Positions 1 to 12,697 of a stretch of 64,000 nucleotides of DNA are shown one piece after another. The number at the start of each line of letters is the position of its first letter. Within the stretch, counting starts at the first letter, position 1. Both the position numbers and the translations under genes were made by a program. The notes under the pieces were generated by a model. It saw only the letters and a list, made by a program, of their open reading frames with translations. It ran no database searches and was not told the origin of the DNA. This DNA is from Squalus acanthias (taxonomy: Eukaryota). The stretch covers positions 84,260,001-84,324,000 of the forward strand of contig CM059432.1 in NCBI GenBank assembly GCA_030390025.1, written 5' to 3'.

Positions 1-975
1 ATTAAACGGCACGAAGAACCCCTCCCCCCACCAGCGCTACTTAAATGAATCATGAATTACTTATAGGTTAGTTGCTGGATTATTTCTTCTGGCTGCTGGT
101 GCAATTCTATGTGTTTTTGGAGTTTTCCTGTACTTGTCTAAAGTTTGGATAGTCTACAGGGAGTGGTCTGGCTGGTAATTTTTTGGTGGTTTAAAGGCTT
201 GTGCTGAAACAAGTTGCTTGCAGACATGGGTGGTCTGGTAGGCCTTCCTGTTGGAATTGAGCATGACTGGGAGAATGAAGAGAGGCCTCGCAGAGCAGGA
301 CAAGCTGCTAGAAGAAGGAGGAGGAGGGGAAGAAGGGCTCTCAGCAGGAGGCCATATCCGTAGAGAGTCTTTAGGGAGCAATTCTCTTACCTCAACTTCA
401 GCGACAACCAATACTGGGTTGGGTCTGGGCTGGCTAGCTGGCAGGCAATAGCAAGGGTACTGGTGTAGTGGTAAGGGTGGGAGCACGAATGTTCTCATCC
501 TGAGAGAGGACAGCAGGTGCGTAATCCATGGAGCCACTGCCACTTTCCTGGGGCGTGCCTCAGCAATCCTTGTATTCCATTGGAGAACAGATTGCTGGAC
601 TGACATGATGCCCTGGAAGCCTCTTTGCACACTGGTATCCACAGCCATAATGGAAGCAGTCTGAGCTTGCATGGCAGCAAGCTGAGATTGCATGACAGCA
701 GTCTGAGCTTCCATTGCAGCACTCAGACGTTGGGTGTGTGCTGCTTGTGCTGCAATGGAAGCTGAGACATCGGTCATCAGACACTGCACTATGGTTGGCT
801 CTACAGGTGTGTTGATGGAGGTGGCTACTTGTTCCATGTTGGAAAGGATGGCTCCAAGCTCTGCGCAATGACCTGTGACAAGTTGGTTCTGGACTCCTCC
901 ATGCTCCTTGACAATGAATGCAGGCTTTCTGGCAGGCTTCCCAGTGCACCAAGCATTTTGTTGTGTACACCCATC

Positions 976-1203
976 TTGTCTCTTAATCTCTCCTGCCTTC
1001 CATCCTATCACAGACCTTCTCTTTTGTTCTTTCCTCCCCTCCCCCCTTTCCCTGCCCCTGCACTTGCTTAAAAACCTGTTCCATCTCCAGCTTTTTCCAG
1101 TTCTGACGAAGAGTCATCGACTTGAAACGTTAACTCTGTTTCTCTCTCCAGAGATGCTGCCTGACCTGCTGAGTATTTCCAGCATTTTCTGTTTTTATTT
1201 CAG
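976..1203 (+). mobile_element. Short Penelope-derived insertion (3' pseudo-LTR segment)
   Basis: Closely similar to 38865-39093, the tail of the Penelope element. Interrupts the Harbinger Myb gene between CCCATC and AGCCTTC, judged against the copy near 14380. Confidence 0.85.
1099..1135 (+). ncRNA. Minimal type I hammerhead ribozyme motif
   Basis: AGTT-CTGACGA-AGAGTC ATC GACTT-GAAA-CGTT-AACT: CUGANGA and GAAA cores, stem II hairpin, stem I AGTT/AACT. Confidence 0.75.
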
Positions 1204-2442
1204 CCTTCTTCTGTAGCCTGGTCCATCGAAGTCCTCATCTGAATCCTCTGCAGCAGAAGTGTGTGACCTCGCCCTCCGGTGAGCTTGCGTCTGCAATAAC
1301 CTTTCACCCAGCCCTGGCTCCATCGCACTTGTGCTCGGTGTCTCACCACGTGCAGATCTCGCCTCTATCCTATCCTCTAAATTACATGCAGTGTCAGTAT
1401 CTGAGCTGGTGGCTGTGAGTGTGAAATCAAGTGACAGTGTCCCTTCATCTTCATTTTCTTCTTGCTCTTCTTCCAATGCCTGGTAGGTTGCAGTTCTTGA
1501 ATATCTGAAATGAAAAACAGACAAGGGTTGGGTGGTGAGGGGAGAGGAGAAAGTAAGAAGTGCATCCTTACACCATCTGCAGTTTGTAAGACAGAAAAGA
1601 TTGAGGGATGAGGGAGAAGTGGGATGAGAGAAGGAGGATTAGGTATGTAGAAACCCTCATCTTCAATTCCTTCAGCCCCGCCGGTGGCTACGGCCTCAGC
1701 AATGGCCCTTCCTACAATGGCCAGCACTGTCTTCTCCATGGGGGTTAAAACATGCAGACGCGCCGCTCCCCCTCCCATTAATTCCAGCTGCCTCCTGTTG
1801 TGTACTACCTTCTCCTGCAAAAAAGAGGGAAGTATGTCAGTGACTGTTGTTCAGTATGTTTGTGTGTTGTGTCTGTCATGGTTGAATAGTGGTAGTGTGT
1901 GCAAGCTGTGAGATGTGGGTGTGAGGCTTGTAACAGTGCGTGAGGATGAGGTAAAGCATATGAATGTTAGGTATGAGTCCTGACTGATAGAGATTGTTGG
2001 TTGGTGAATGATGAGGGTGCCGTGAATTGAGCAGTGGATGAGGCTAGTGGTGCAGTTGGTAGGATATGGCATTTGAATATGCACTTACTGACTTTGACAA
2101 CTCGTGTGAGATCATTAAATTTCTTCCTGCACGGCATCCAGATTCTTCGGGCTAGACTCCTGGCATTAACCTCTGCCACTATCTCTTCCCACTGCCTTCT
2201 CCGGCCCCCGATGATACAGAACATCGCTCCTTCTTTTCTCCTCTTCCACCAAGACCTCCAGTGCAGCATCCAAAAACTGTGATGCACGCTCTCTCCCATG
2301 GTCAGCCATAGTTGATTCTTTCACAACACAATATTCAGAATGATCTCAGCACCACCAGCAGCCACAATGCACCTCCCCTTTAAGAGGTGCAGGCTAGCTT
2401 TAAGTAATCCTAGGCACTCACGTTATTGGGCCCCCTGCTGAT

Positions 2443-2576
2443 CAATGTTCCCCTTAATTTTTTTTATGGGTGCACGTCCCCTTTAAGGGACTGTGTGGCC
2501 CATTCACAGTTTTGCACTTATCAACATTGAAAAAGCCGGTCCTGGGCTGTGCGGGACCGGCAAATAGGGAATGTTG
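2443..2576. mobile_element. hAT-type MITE
   Basis: Termini CAATGTTCCC...GGGAATGTTG with a perfect 8-bp TSD CTGCTGAT (2435-2442 / 2577-2584). Confidence 0.85.
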
Positions 2577-3096
2577 CTGCTGATGTGTGCAGCCAATGAA
2601 CAGCGTGGGGAGCGCTGGCTGCATGCAGCAAACATGGAAATGAGCAGGCAGCATGAAGTTGGCGTCCTGCCTGCATTGCAATCAACGGGCACGGGTTAAT
2701 TGCGATCCCGGTGCCCGTTTTCAGGGGTTATTCAATTTAAACCCCCTAGTATCCACAGTGGAATTTAAATTTCAAAGGTACAGTTTTACTAATGCAGTCG
2801 ATCACAGCATAATCGATTGCATTAAGGAAACAACCATATTTGAAAATGGGCAGGATATTCACTTTTTAAAAAATCTTGGGCTTGGTCTGCGAGCTAAACT
2901 ATGCTGCGGCAAAGCATCACCGTGATTTTTATCCCCACCTCCATCTGAGGTAAATGGGTCAGGGTAAGAGCACAACCAATGGGTGGAATTCCCATCCACT
3001 GTGTTTCTGCTGCCATTGCAGCTTCCTGGGAATTTCTAGGCCAGAGTAAGGTATTTTTTGCCTCCTACCAGCACTGATGCTGAGGGTGTAAAATCA

Positions 3097-4478
3097 CATA
3101 GAATCATAGAATAGTACAGCACAGAAAGAGGCCATTCATCCCATCGAGTCTGTGCTGGCTCTTTCAGAAAGCAATCCAGTTAATCTCACTCCCCCGCTCT
3201 TTCCCCATATCCCTGCAATTATTTCTCCTTCAAGTAATTATCCAATTCCCCTTTGAAGACTACTATTGAATCTGTATCCATCATGCTGCTACTGCTCCTT
3301 TTATCCCATGGGTTTCAATTTTGCAAACAAGCCTAGTATGTGGTGCTGCCTTTTGAAAGTCCATATACACAACATCAACTACACTGCCCTCATCCACCTT
3401 CCCCGTTACCTCATTAAAAAACTCAATCAAGTTAGTCAAACACGATTTGCCCTTAACAAATCCAGGCTGGCTCTCCTTTATTAGTCCATGCTTGTCCAAG
3501 TGGCTGTTAATTTTCTCCCAGATTATTGTTTCTAAAAGCTTCCCCACCACCGGCGCTAAACTGACTGGCCTGTAATTGCCAGGTTTATCCTTCTCCCTTT
3601 TTTGAACAAGGGTGTAATATTTGCAATCCTCCAGTCCTTTGGCACCATCCCTGTATCTAAGGAAGATTGGAAGACTGGAAGATTGTGGCCAGCACCTCCA
3701 TAATTTCTACCCTTGGATGCATCCCATCTGGACCGGGTGACTTATCCACTTTAATTACTACCAGCCTTTCCAGTACCTTCTCTTTATCTATTTTTATCTC
3801 ATCCAATATCCTTGTTTACCATAGCTTTGGCAAAGTCTTCTTCCTTGGTAAACACCGATGCAAAGTACTCATTTAGTACCTCAGCTATGCCTTCTGCCTC
3901 TACCAATAGTTCTCCATTTGGTCCCTAATCTGCCCCACCACTCCTCTGACAACTCTTTTACTGTTAATATGCCTATAAAAGACCTTTGGATTCCCCTTTA
4001 TGTTAGTCACCAATCTATTCTCATACTGCCTCTTTGCCCCTCTTATTTCCTTTTTCACTTCTCCTCTGTACTTTTTATATTCAGCCTGATACTCCCTTGT
4101 ATTATCAAGCTGATATCTGTCATATGCCCCTTGTTCTGGTTCATCCTACTCTCTAACTTCTTCATCATCCAGGGAGCTCTGGCTTTCCCTTTCCCCCTTG
4201 TAGAAATGTACCTAGACTGTACCCGAACCAGCTCCTCTTTAAAGGCTGCCCCTTGCTCCATTACATTTTTGCCTGCTAGTCTTTGACTCCAATTTACCCG
4301 GGCTAGATCCCTCCTCAATTTGCTGAAATTTGCCCTCCTCCAGTTTTTTTATTCTAGATGCTCCTTGTCTTCTCCATAACTAATCTTAACATTACGATAT
4401 TATGATCACTGTTCCTGAAATGCTCTCCAACTGTGACATTCTCCACTTGACCCACTTCATTCCGCAGGACTAGATCCA
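3097..4478 (-). mobile_element. CR1 LINE fragment, internally deleted
   Basis: ORF2 remnants (VGKLLETII...KSCLTNLIEFF..VDVVYMDFQKA; DLARVNW) and a 3' microsatellite tail (CATAGAAT)n on the + strand. Confidence 0.85.
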
Positions 4479-5078
4479 CGTATGGATCAACATGTATGTT
4501 GAAGCGGAAATACTAGGCAAGAACAAAGTTAGACTAGCATTACTGTGTCCCTTTTAAACATTGTATACTTTCTATGCAGTGCATTGCACCATACATTTAA
4601 GTTGCATGCTCATAATACAAGCATTATTCCAAAAATGCTGTTCTTGATTTTCTATTCGAGTTATGCCAGCTCCCAGACTTTGGCAGTTAATTCTTCGGGA
4701 ACCACTTCAATCCCTCCCTGCATACCCCACCAATTTTTTAAAAATTCATTCTCGGGATTTGGGTGTTGCCGGCATTTATTGCCTATCGTTAGTTTCCCTT
4801 TTGGGATTTCCTGCCAGATGTGACAGAGGTTGTATAGTACATCCAACCAATATTGACAGGCGTATTATAATGGAATTCAAATTATGCAAATATGTAATTT
4901 TCTTCATTTGTGCCAGAGCAACACTGAGCACAAGGAATGCCTGTTGTCCAATGTTGCTATGGGCGGCAGAGGGGCTATTTAAACTTTAATGGAGCAAAAA
5001 GCCTTTGTAATCGATCACAATGCAGAAATCGCGCATGCGCGGGGCTGCGCGGCAACAAAAAAATTAGAGGGAACATTG

Positions 5079-5353
5079 GTTGTAGGGCTGGAGGAGGTTA
5101 CAGAGATAGGGAGGGACGAGGCCATGGAGGGATTTGAACACAAGGATGAGAATTTTAAATTCGGGCATTGCCGGACTGGGAGCCAATGTACGTCAGTGAG
5201 CACAGGGGTGAAAGGCGAACGGGACTTGGTGCGAGTTAGGATACGGGCAGCAGAGTTTTGGATGAGCTGAAGTTTACGGAGGGTGAAAGATGGGAGGCTG
5301 GCCAGAAGATCACTGGAATAGTCAAATCTGGAGGTAACAAAAGCATGGTCCAT
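5079..5353 (-). mobile_element. L2 LINE 3' fragment
   Basis: HAFVTSRFDYS..LQLIQNSAARILT..PVL..HWLPV, typical of the L2 ORF2 C-terminus. Confidence 0.85.
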
Positions 5354-6825
5354 AAAAGCACACTATAATCAATCAGGGTAAATAATGCTGCCTATACCTC
5401 GTTGCATTATGGAAGCTTGATATTTTGATTTTTCACAGGCTTTCCCTAAAAGCTTTGCATTTTGACAAATATTGTTCTCATTAAACTCAACTGCATCTTA
5501 AATAGTGCAAAGATTACACTTGCGCAGAGGCGACCACTGTGGAAATGTGTGCAGCCAATGTCAACAGTTTACTTCATGTGTTTTAATACAACCAGCTGTT
5601 TGAATATGTGTGATCTAATCCAGCTTACTTGTAAAAGCTTCATAAACCTGTTGCTCTCTTCTTAGCAGTAACAAAACACATAGTGCATAGAGTTTATTTT
5701 CTTTCATAGTAAGTTTTCAAGGTCATTGTTCTGCTTAAGGAGCCATGTTTGTTGGTTTTGGCCCACACCATCCCACACCCCTCCCCCACCTCCGCTTCCC
5801 TGAAGCTAAGTTATCCTCAGGCACTAATACATGTGCATTAACTGACTGCAATGCAGTTCATTCAGCACTTTAGCTCTGGTGAAATTTGGCTGTGTAACTT
5901 CCTGGCTGGAGGTTGCATCTGTCCTAGTTGACTTAGAATAAGCAACAAAAGAATATGCTTCTTCATTATAAATTTAAACCATAGCACATGCCTATTTAAC
6001 AATGCAATGTTGATCTAGGTTTTCCCATGTGTAAAAGCAAACTCTGACCTTTTGAGTACTTTGAGTATTTTATTAGCAGTTTTCAAAATATAATAGACCC
6101 ACTGTATCATATTGTTTTTAGTAACCATACAAAAAGCTATTATGGGACAGAAAGTAATAGACAAGATGCTTATATACTTTCTGTTAATGAGGGCTGTAAA
6201 CTGTGTCCTATTAAACATCATGGTTTATCAAAAAGTCATGGTGTGGTCTTCTAAAATCTAATTTTCTGTGATAACATGACTACACTGGTCCATAAAATTC
6301 TAATGTTTAATATTATGAAGGACAATTGGAGGAATTTGTGTGATTATAGTATGTCTATTCTGTTACTTTGTTGCTTGATAATTATAAAATTGTAGGTTTG
6401 TTATATTTTATTTTGTGGCAAAGTTACTTTTTACAAGGTTTGAGTCTCTGGTGGACTATATACTAAGGGGGAAAAATTAGGTCGCGCCCCGTTTGGGGCG
6501 CAAATATCGTCTGGACGCAAATATTAGCGCCTGGCGCTAATTATCGCCACTGACTGGAAACTTCACTTTTAGCGCCCCGGGAGGTGAGTGGAGCGCTAAA
6601 TCAGGCGCTGCACACGTGTCTTAAGGCGCAAAGGCCGAGCAGTGAGGCGCTAACTCAGAGCGCGAGCGCAGCGCAGCTGCTGCCAGTTAGCGAGGGAACA
6701 CAGACACACTGGCGCCGGCCACTTCTTAAAGCGGGGGGGGCCAACTTGCTCCCCAGCCACACCCTGCTCATTGCAGCCTTGAATCTCGGCCTGGAGAGAC
6801 CTGTGAATCCATTTTGCTGCCAAGG

Positions 6826-8591
6826 ATGGAGAGGGTGAGAGAACGAGCTCATCGCTTCACCGAGCGGGCCTTGGATGCTCTGGTTGGCGCGGTGGAGCGC
6901 AGAAGATCTATACTCTTCCCTGAGAGTGGCAGGAGGCCTTTGCCACGCGAGTACAGAAGAGTGTGGAGGGAGGTGGCTCAGAGCGTCTCCTCCAGGAGCA
7001 TGGTGCCCAGGACCCATGTTCAATGCCGCAAAAAGTTCAACGACCTCACTCGGGTCGTCAGGGTGAGTGGCTTTTTCTCAATACCTCTCCATCCCTCCAT
7101 CTCAACCTCACTCTATGGCCAGAGGGTCTTAAAACCCCAATGCACAACACTCATCCAACATCTATGGCCCTTTCATGAAACACACACACACATTCCACAC
7201 TTTGCATACAGTAAGGGCTATTCACCTATGGGAGGCACATCAGGCAAGACCATGGCTGTATATTTACTCAGATGCTGTCCTTTTTCTTACAGGCCAAGCT
7301 GGCGCATAATCGGAGACAGCAGCAACGGACAGGTGGAGGGCGGCCTCAGCTGCAACCCCTCAGCGATCTTGAGGAGCGCGTCCACAGGATTGTGGCAAGC
7401 CGGGTGATCGGTCCCGTCGCCACTGGAGACGCCGACCCCGTTCTGGACAGCAATGGTAAGGTCATCACCTTTTTGTCCTCTGTCCTTCCACTTGTCCCTC
7501 ACAACACCAGCCTTTGACACTTTCAATCCAACTTGCTAACTCGCTGCACTTATTCCTCCCTTACTGCCACCCTGTCCTCACGCTAAAGCCACTCTTGTAC
7601 CTCCCTGCTTTCAGATGGTGATTCACCAGCTGAGAAGACGGGCCCTGAAGCTGCCACTGGGAGTGAAGCTGCAGCCGAGGAGGAAGAGGAAGCCGGAGCA
7701 TCAGTGCCACCCTCTCCCGAGGAAGCCCATGCCCACACTGGGAACACGCCTTCCCTGGAGGGGAGCAGGGGGGAAGGGTCTGATGAGGGTGAAGCTCCAG
7801 GACCCAGCGGGCTGCAGCAACGCCATGGGGGTAGGGAAGAACGGGGGCCTTCTCCCCAGAGGGAGAGTATGCCAGAGACTCCTACTGCAATGGACGCAGA
7901 GGAGGAGCGGCTGAACGCAGAAATGAACACCCAGGCAGTGGGCATGCACACTGAGCTCATGGGTGCAGTGGGAAGGGTGCCCGAATGCACTGAATCACTG
8001 GCAAGGAGTGTGGAGCACTTCGCTGTAGCACAGGCGGATGCCACACTAACGCTTAGTGCTGCAATTCAGTCACTGGCTGCCGTGATCCCATCTCTGACTG
8101 CTCTCATGCAGACTCAGATTGAGGCCACGCGAGCACAGACTGCTGCCAACCTCGATGGTTCGTTCACATGTCCCCGGGGCTCTCACCGCGCCGCAGCAGG
8201 CCAGCAATCTGTTCTCCAGCAGATTGCTCCGGATGCTGAAGTGCTGCCCCGTGGGAGTGCCAGTGTGTCGGGCGAGCAGGGAGTTGCTGTCCTCTCTCAC
8301 GATGACAGCATTCCTGCTGCCAACACTGTCACTTCTCCACTGCACTTGCCACCGCCTGTAGGACAGACTGCTGCCGCCCATGCAGAGTTGGTGCAGTCTG
8401 CAGCTGGGCCCTCCAGGCCCAGAACTGGTCGAGGCCGTCCTTCAGGGGCATCTGCAGTGTCAGGGTCTGACGATCAGCAGCCTTCCACCAGCCTTGCTGC
8501 AGCCACTGAGGTCCCATTACGGAGGAGCAGTAGGGTTAGAAGGGGGGAAGTGCGCAAGGGAAGGAGATCACCCTCGAAGGGCAAAAAGTAG
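6826..8591 (+). CDS. Myb/SANT-like (trihelix, NAIF1-like) DNA-binding protein of Harbinger; exons 6826-7062, 7293-7455, 7615-8591; 458 aa
   Basis: RFTERALDALV...WREVA..V..RT..QCRKKFNDL motif. Canonical splice sites GTGAGT/TTACAG (phase 0) and GTAAG/TTTCAG (phase 1) join into one open frame to the TAG at 8589-8591. Confidence 0.88.
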
Positions 8592-8903
8592 GAGGTGTGA
8601 CAAAATGCTGGTCATTTTTTTATTAAAGGTCGAGGTTCATGGTCCAACTTTTGTTTAGTGTTTTGGACATTATCTCCAGGTTGTGAGAACCAGTTATGTT
8701 ATTGACTGTTTTTTTGTGTTTATTTCTATGAGTTTGTCATGAGGAATTGACACACACAGAGTTTGTAAAATAAATAAGTTTCTGTATTCAAAATATACAT
8801 GGTTGGTGTTTGGAATCATTGGTGCCTTGGCCGGCTTAGGGGTTGCGTGCTGGGTTCATTGATGTTGTTAGCAATGGCAGAAGCCATTTCCACAGCAGGG
8901 GCC

Positions 8904-10054
8904 CTAGAAGCGGCTTGCTATTAGCCGTTGACGGACGGCCCTTGCAGTTTCACCATTGTGGGCCGCCCTCCCGCCTTGGTGCTGCTGATGATCATCCTCC
9001 TCGTCCTCTTCCTCCTCCTCCTCTGGTGGTGCTCCAAGGCCTGGTGGCATTGGCTGGGTCCTGACGATTGCCATGTTATGCAACATGCAGCACACAACTA
9101 CGAAGTTGGATACTCGCTCAGGCGAGTACTGCAGGGCTCCTCCAGAATGGTCGAGACAGCGGAACCGTTGCTTCAGCACACCGATTGTGCGCTCAATGAT
9201 GTTCCTGGTAGCTTGATGGCTCTCATTGTACCGCAGCTCAGCAGGGGTGTTGGGCGTACGGAGCGGTGTCATCAGCCAGGTGCTCAATGGATACCCCTTG
9301 TCCCCGAGAAGCCAACCAACTGGCTGATGCGGTGCCTCGAAAAGTTCTGCCACAGTAGTCTGGCGCAGGATAAAAGCATCGTGGCAGCTGCCAGGATAGT
9401 GGGCATTGACAGCGAGTATCAGCTGTCTGTGGTCACAGACCAACTGAACATTCAAGGAATGGAACCCCTTTCTGTTCCGGAATTCCTCGGCATTCTCATG
9501 TGGAGCACGCAAAGCCACATGCGTGCAGTCAATGGCGCCCTGCACCATGGGGAAGCCCGCTATCTTCGCAAAGCCCAGAGCGCGATCACGCTGCTTGTCC
9601 GGGGTCATGGGGAAAGAGATGAACTCTCGTCTCCTTTTAAAGAGGGCATTGTGACCTGCCGGATGCAGCAATGCACCGCGAACTGGGAGATATTGGCGAG
9701 GTCCCCAGCAGCAGCTTGAAATGAGCCAGTAGCATAGAAGTTGAGAGCCACTGTGACCTTCACTGCCACCGACAGAGACGTCCTGGACCTCAGTTGAGGC
9801 TGCAGATCTGGCTGCAGCAGGTGGCAGAGCTCAGTGACCACCTCCTTGCTGAATCGCAGCCTTCGCAAACACAGCTCCTCAGACATATGAATGTAGGAGA
9901 GCTGTTCACGATATACCCTGGGAGGGTAAGCTCTCCTGTACATACGCCTGTTGGCCCTCCTCCGTCTGGCCATCATTGCCACTCTCTCTCTGCGTCTCTG
10001 TGTCCTCCGATTCAGCTGGAGCAGGACGACGCCCCCAATCAGTGCAGCCCCCAT
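8904..10054 (-). pseudogene. Harbinger DDE transposase (HARBI1-like) with a single 1-bp frameshift near 9650
   Basis: GAIDCTHV, HDAFI, GDKGY and IERTIGVLKQRF motifs are intact. Restoring one G (ACA[G]ATGCC = T-D-A) joins ORFs 9605-10123 and 8904-9671. Confidence 0.92.
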
Positions 10055-11765
10055 AGTCTCTTTGCAAGCAAAGTAATGAAGGACAGCAACCAAAGTAGCA
10101 GCGAAGTTAGGATCAGTAGGCAAAACTACCTCACAAAGCGTTGAGTCAATGCAGAAGTCTCTCTTTCTCTCTCTCCGAATCTCTCTCTCTCTCTCTCAGA
10201 ACGAGTGGTGCAAAAATGTCAACCACAGAAAAAGACAGGAAGAGGCCCCCTTTAAATAGCGCCCCCCCCAGCCCCACAGCGATTGATAGCGTTCCAGTCT
10301 TCCGGTCGTTGGATGCGCCAGGCGGTAAGGCAAGGGGCGCCACTCAATTTCCGCTCCGGGGCGCCACAAGGGCGTTGCACCATGGAATGACGTCACAATC
10401 TGCGCGCGCAGGTGGTCGCAGCGGTAAAGTTTAGCGCCGCCGCACAATGTCTAGTTAAGTTCCCGAGCGGCGCAAACATCGCTGCGCCCGGGCGCTAGCG
10501 GCTTTGCGCCCCATTAGCGCCCTCTTAAGGCGCTAACGGGAGGCGCAACCAACTGAATTTTTACCCCTAAGACTTTCAAAACAAATGTTAAAATTATGCC
10601 ATTTGAACGTGCACTAAGCAGAAGTGTCACTTATAGCATTAAACTCTTTAATAAAGGATTTTTTTTCTTGCATTTGCTAAGATGCACTTCTAGAAAAATT
10701 AGGGAAAAAATTACTCTTAGTTGAATATTTGATGATTTTATTTAACTGGTACAATGGTATTAAAAAAGCAGACATTATAAATTTTGTTTCTTTAGGTGTG
10801 TGTAGAGATTTGTATATCTGTAGTGAAACTAATTTGCTGTCAGACACTGGAGCCTTTTGGAAGTCAGGCAGGCTCCAGAAATTAATTTATCCAAATAACC
10901 AGCCTTTTATAGGCCAACCGTTTAGGGACACCAAAATAGTCTAAGCAGGCAAAGCCCTCTTTTGAAGTCTGGAATGTTTTGACTGACTTAAAACAGGCGG
11001 TAGGAATGAAAGGATAATTTTCAGTGACCCATGGGATTTTTCACAATTTTCAAATATGAGGTATAAAAAAAGAGAAATTGACTGATCTAATTAAAAAAAA
11101 AGATTTAGCTACAAAGGAGACATATAGACTTCGAGCATTAAACCTTATTAGGACAAATGCTAAAATTACTCTCGAAATTTTCACTGTTAACATATCTACA
11201 GGAAACTGCACTCTGTGAACTTCAGAAAAGAACAAGTGACATTCCCCATGCAACTTTAAGCATTTGTTTAAGGTCATGGTTAAGTGCTTGTATGATAGCT
11301 AAAACAATTGAATGTATTGTTTTATTTTAGATTTATAATATTGTAGAGATTTGATTAAAATATAAGCCTTATTATTGTACCTTCAATTTTTAGAAGTATC
11401 AAGGCAAAATGTTGCTGCTAAGGCACTAATATCTTTATCGCTTACATCTTTTCTCCTTCAATTCTATTCATAACATTGGTTTTATATATTGACTAGCATG
11501 AAATAATGAACAAAAAATATTTTAATATGTTATTTTCTGCATAATGTGTGATTTTTATAAAGAAAACATTTGTTGTTCGCATAAGAAATAAAACAAGAGA
11601 TAAAAGCATAAACTCAGCTTAGAGGCATGATTGGAAGCTAAATATTCCAGGCTGTAGGATCTTTAGAAATGATGGGAAAATTGGGAAAGGAGTGGAAATA
11701 GCAATATTCATAAAGGCACAATTGTAGCAGTAGAAAGAAAGGGGATCAGGCAATGGAAACACTAT

Positions 11766-12004
11766 GGGCTGGATTTTGATACTGGGGCGGGTTGGGGTCG
11801 ACTGCAATTGGATGTGGGAGATTGATGCAATTTTCACTTAATTGGGCAATTGAGTTCCAGCATGTGGGAACCCATGAACCAATTAGTGGTTTCAGTCTGA
11901 AAGTCGCCTCTGATGATGTCATCATTGCTGCTGCATTGCAGGTCAGAGACTGCCTGGCTTTTGCTGTGAGAGGACCTGGATGAAAAATGAGCAGCAGCTC
12001 TAAG

Positions 12005-12035
<31 letters not shown>

Positions 12036-12494
12036 TTTTTTGCATCCAGGTCCTCTCACAGCAAAGGCCAGGCAGTCTGTGAAGACCTTCAATGCAGCAG
12101 CATCAGAGGCGACTTTCAGACCTAATACTACTACTACCTTCATCACATCTCCGTTGTAATAGTGGATCTGCAGCTGATAGTCAGCTATCCAAATGTGCTC
12201 CCGCCAGGTTTCACAATCGTGGTTCAGAACAGGCGTGCTTCACGTAGATCAAGGGTTAAAATCACAAAGGCCTTTCAAAATGGCATTATAGAGCCAATTT
12301 AGTGCTTGTTAAGGGCCTTAACAGCCTATCCCGTCTCTTAAAGGCGGGACGGAGTCGGGACCAGCAGACACGATTTAATGAAAATTGCGTAGAGGCAGGA
12401 TGGAGGCGGACTTGTGCCCGCCCACCAGTTTTCGCAATTTTAACCCCCCACACACCTCCAAACCCACCTCCACGGGTCAATGAAAATCCAGCCC
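11766..12494. mobile_element. Harbinger-type MITE with internal hairpin
   Basis: TIR GGGCTGGATTTT / AAAATCCAGCCC and a 3-bp TSD TAT. Confidence 0.85.
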
Positions 12495-12697
12495 TATGGG
12501 TACAGTAAAGGAACAGCAAAAGGATGCAAGACTCAGGTAGAAGTTGTCTACAAACCTCCTGATAGTAGTGATGTAGTGTGGGATGTATAAATATAGCGAT
12601 CAGGAAAGCATGTAGCAAAACTAATGTGGTTATAATGCGAGACTTTAATGTTCACATTGACTGGAAGATGCAAAACAGCTCAAGTAATAAAAACAAT

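Larger units (their letters stand above)
412..2309 (-). pseudogene. Harbinger Myb/SANT-like DNA-binding protein gene, degraded, 3 exons
   Basis: ORF fragments WEEIVAEVNARSLARRIWMPCRKKFNDLTRVVK, EKVVHNRRQLELMGGG..LTPMEKTVL and a low-complexity C-terminus. Frameshifts and a Penelope-derived insertion. Confidence 0.8.
1..2746. mobile_element. PIF/Harbinger DNA transposon, decayed, transposase core deleted, runs off left edge
   Basis: Right end ...TTCAATTTAAACCCCC (2746) matches in reverse the left end of the copy at 12921. Transposase 5' part (RRRRRRGRRALSRRPYP..VFREQFSYL) lies on + at ~260-412, fused directly to the 3' part of the Myb-like gene on -. Confidence 0.85.
6467..10567. mobile_element. 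Near-intact autonomous-type PIF/Harbinger transposon (4101 bp)
   Basis: TIRs GGGG(G/T)AAAAATT at both ends, TAA TSD (6464-6466 / 10568-10570), CpG-rich subterminal TTAGCGCC repeats, and two convergent genes. Confidence 0.95.

Noticed and set aside
9640..9660. Programmed ribosomal frameshift in the transposase
   Set aside because: The copy at ~29600 reads QVTDAM in frame at this site, and there is no slippery heptamer, so it is a simple deletion.
8928..9719. 263-aa + strand ORF
   Set aside because: Antisense shadow of the transposase with no recognisable motifs.
8904..10054. Host HARBI1 gene (and NAIF1 for the partner gene)
   Set aside because: Both genes lie between TIRs with a TSD and have multiple decayed relatives nearby, so they are transposon genes rather than domesticated single-copy genes.
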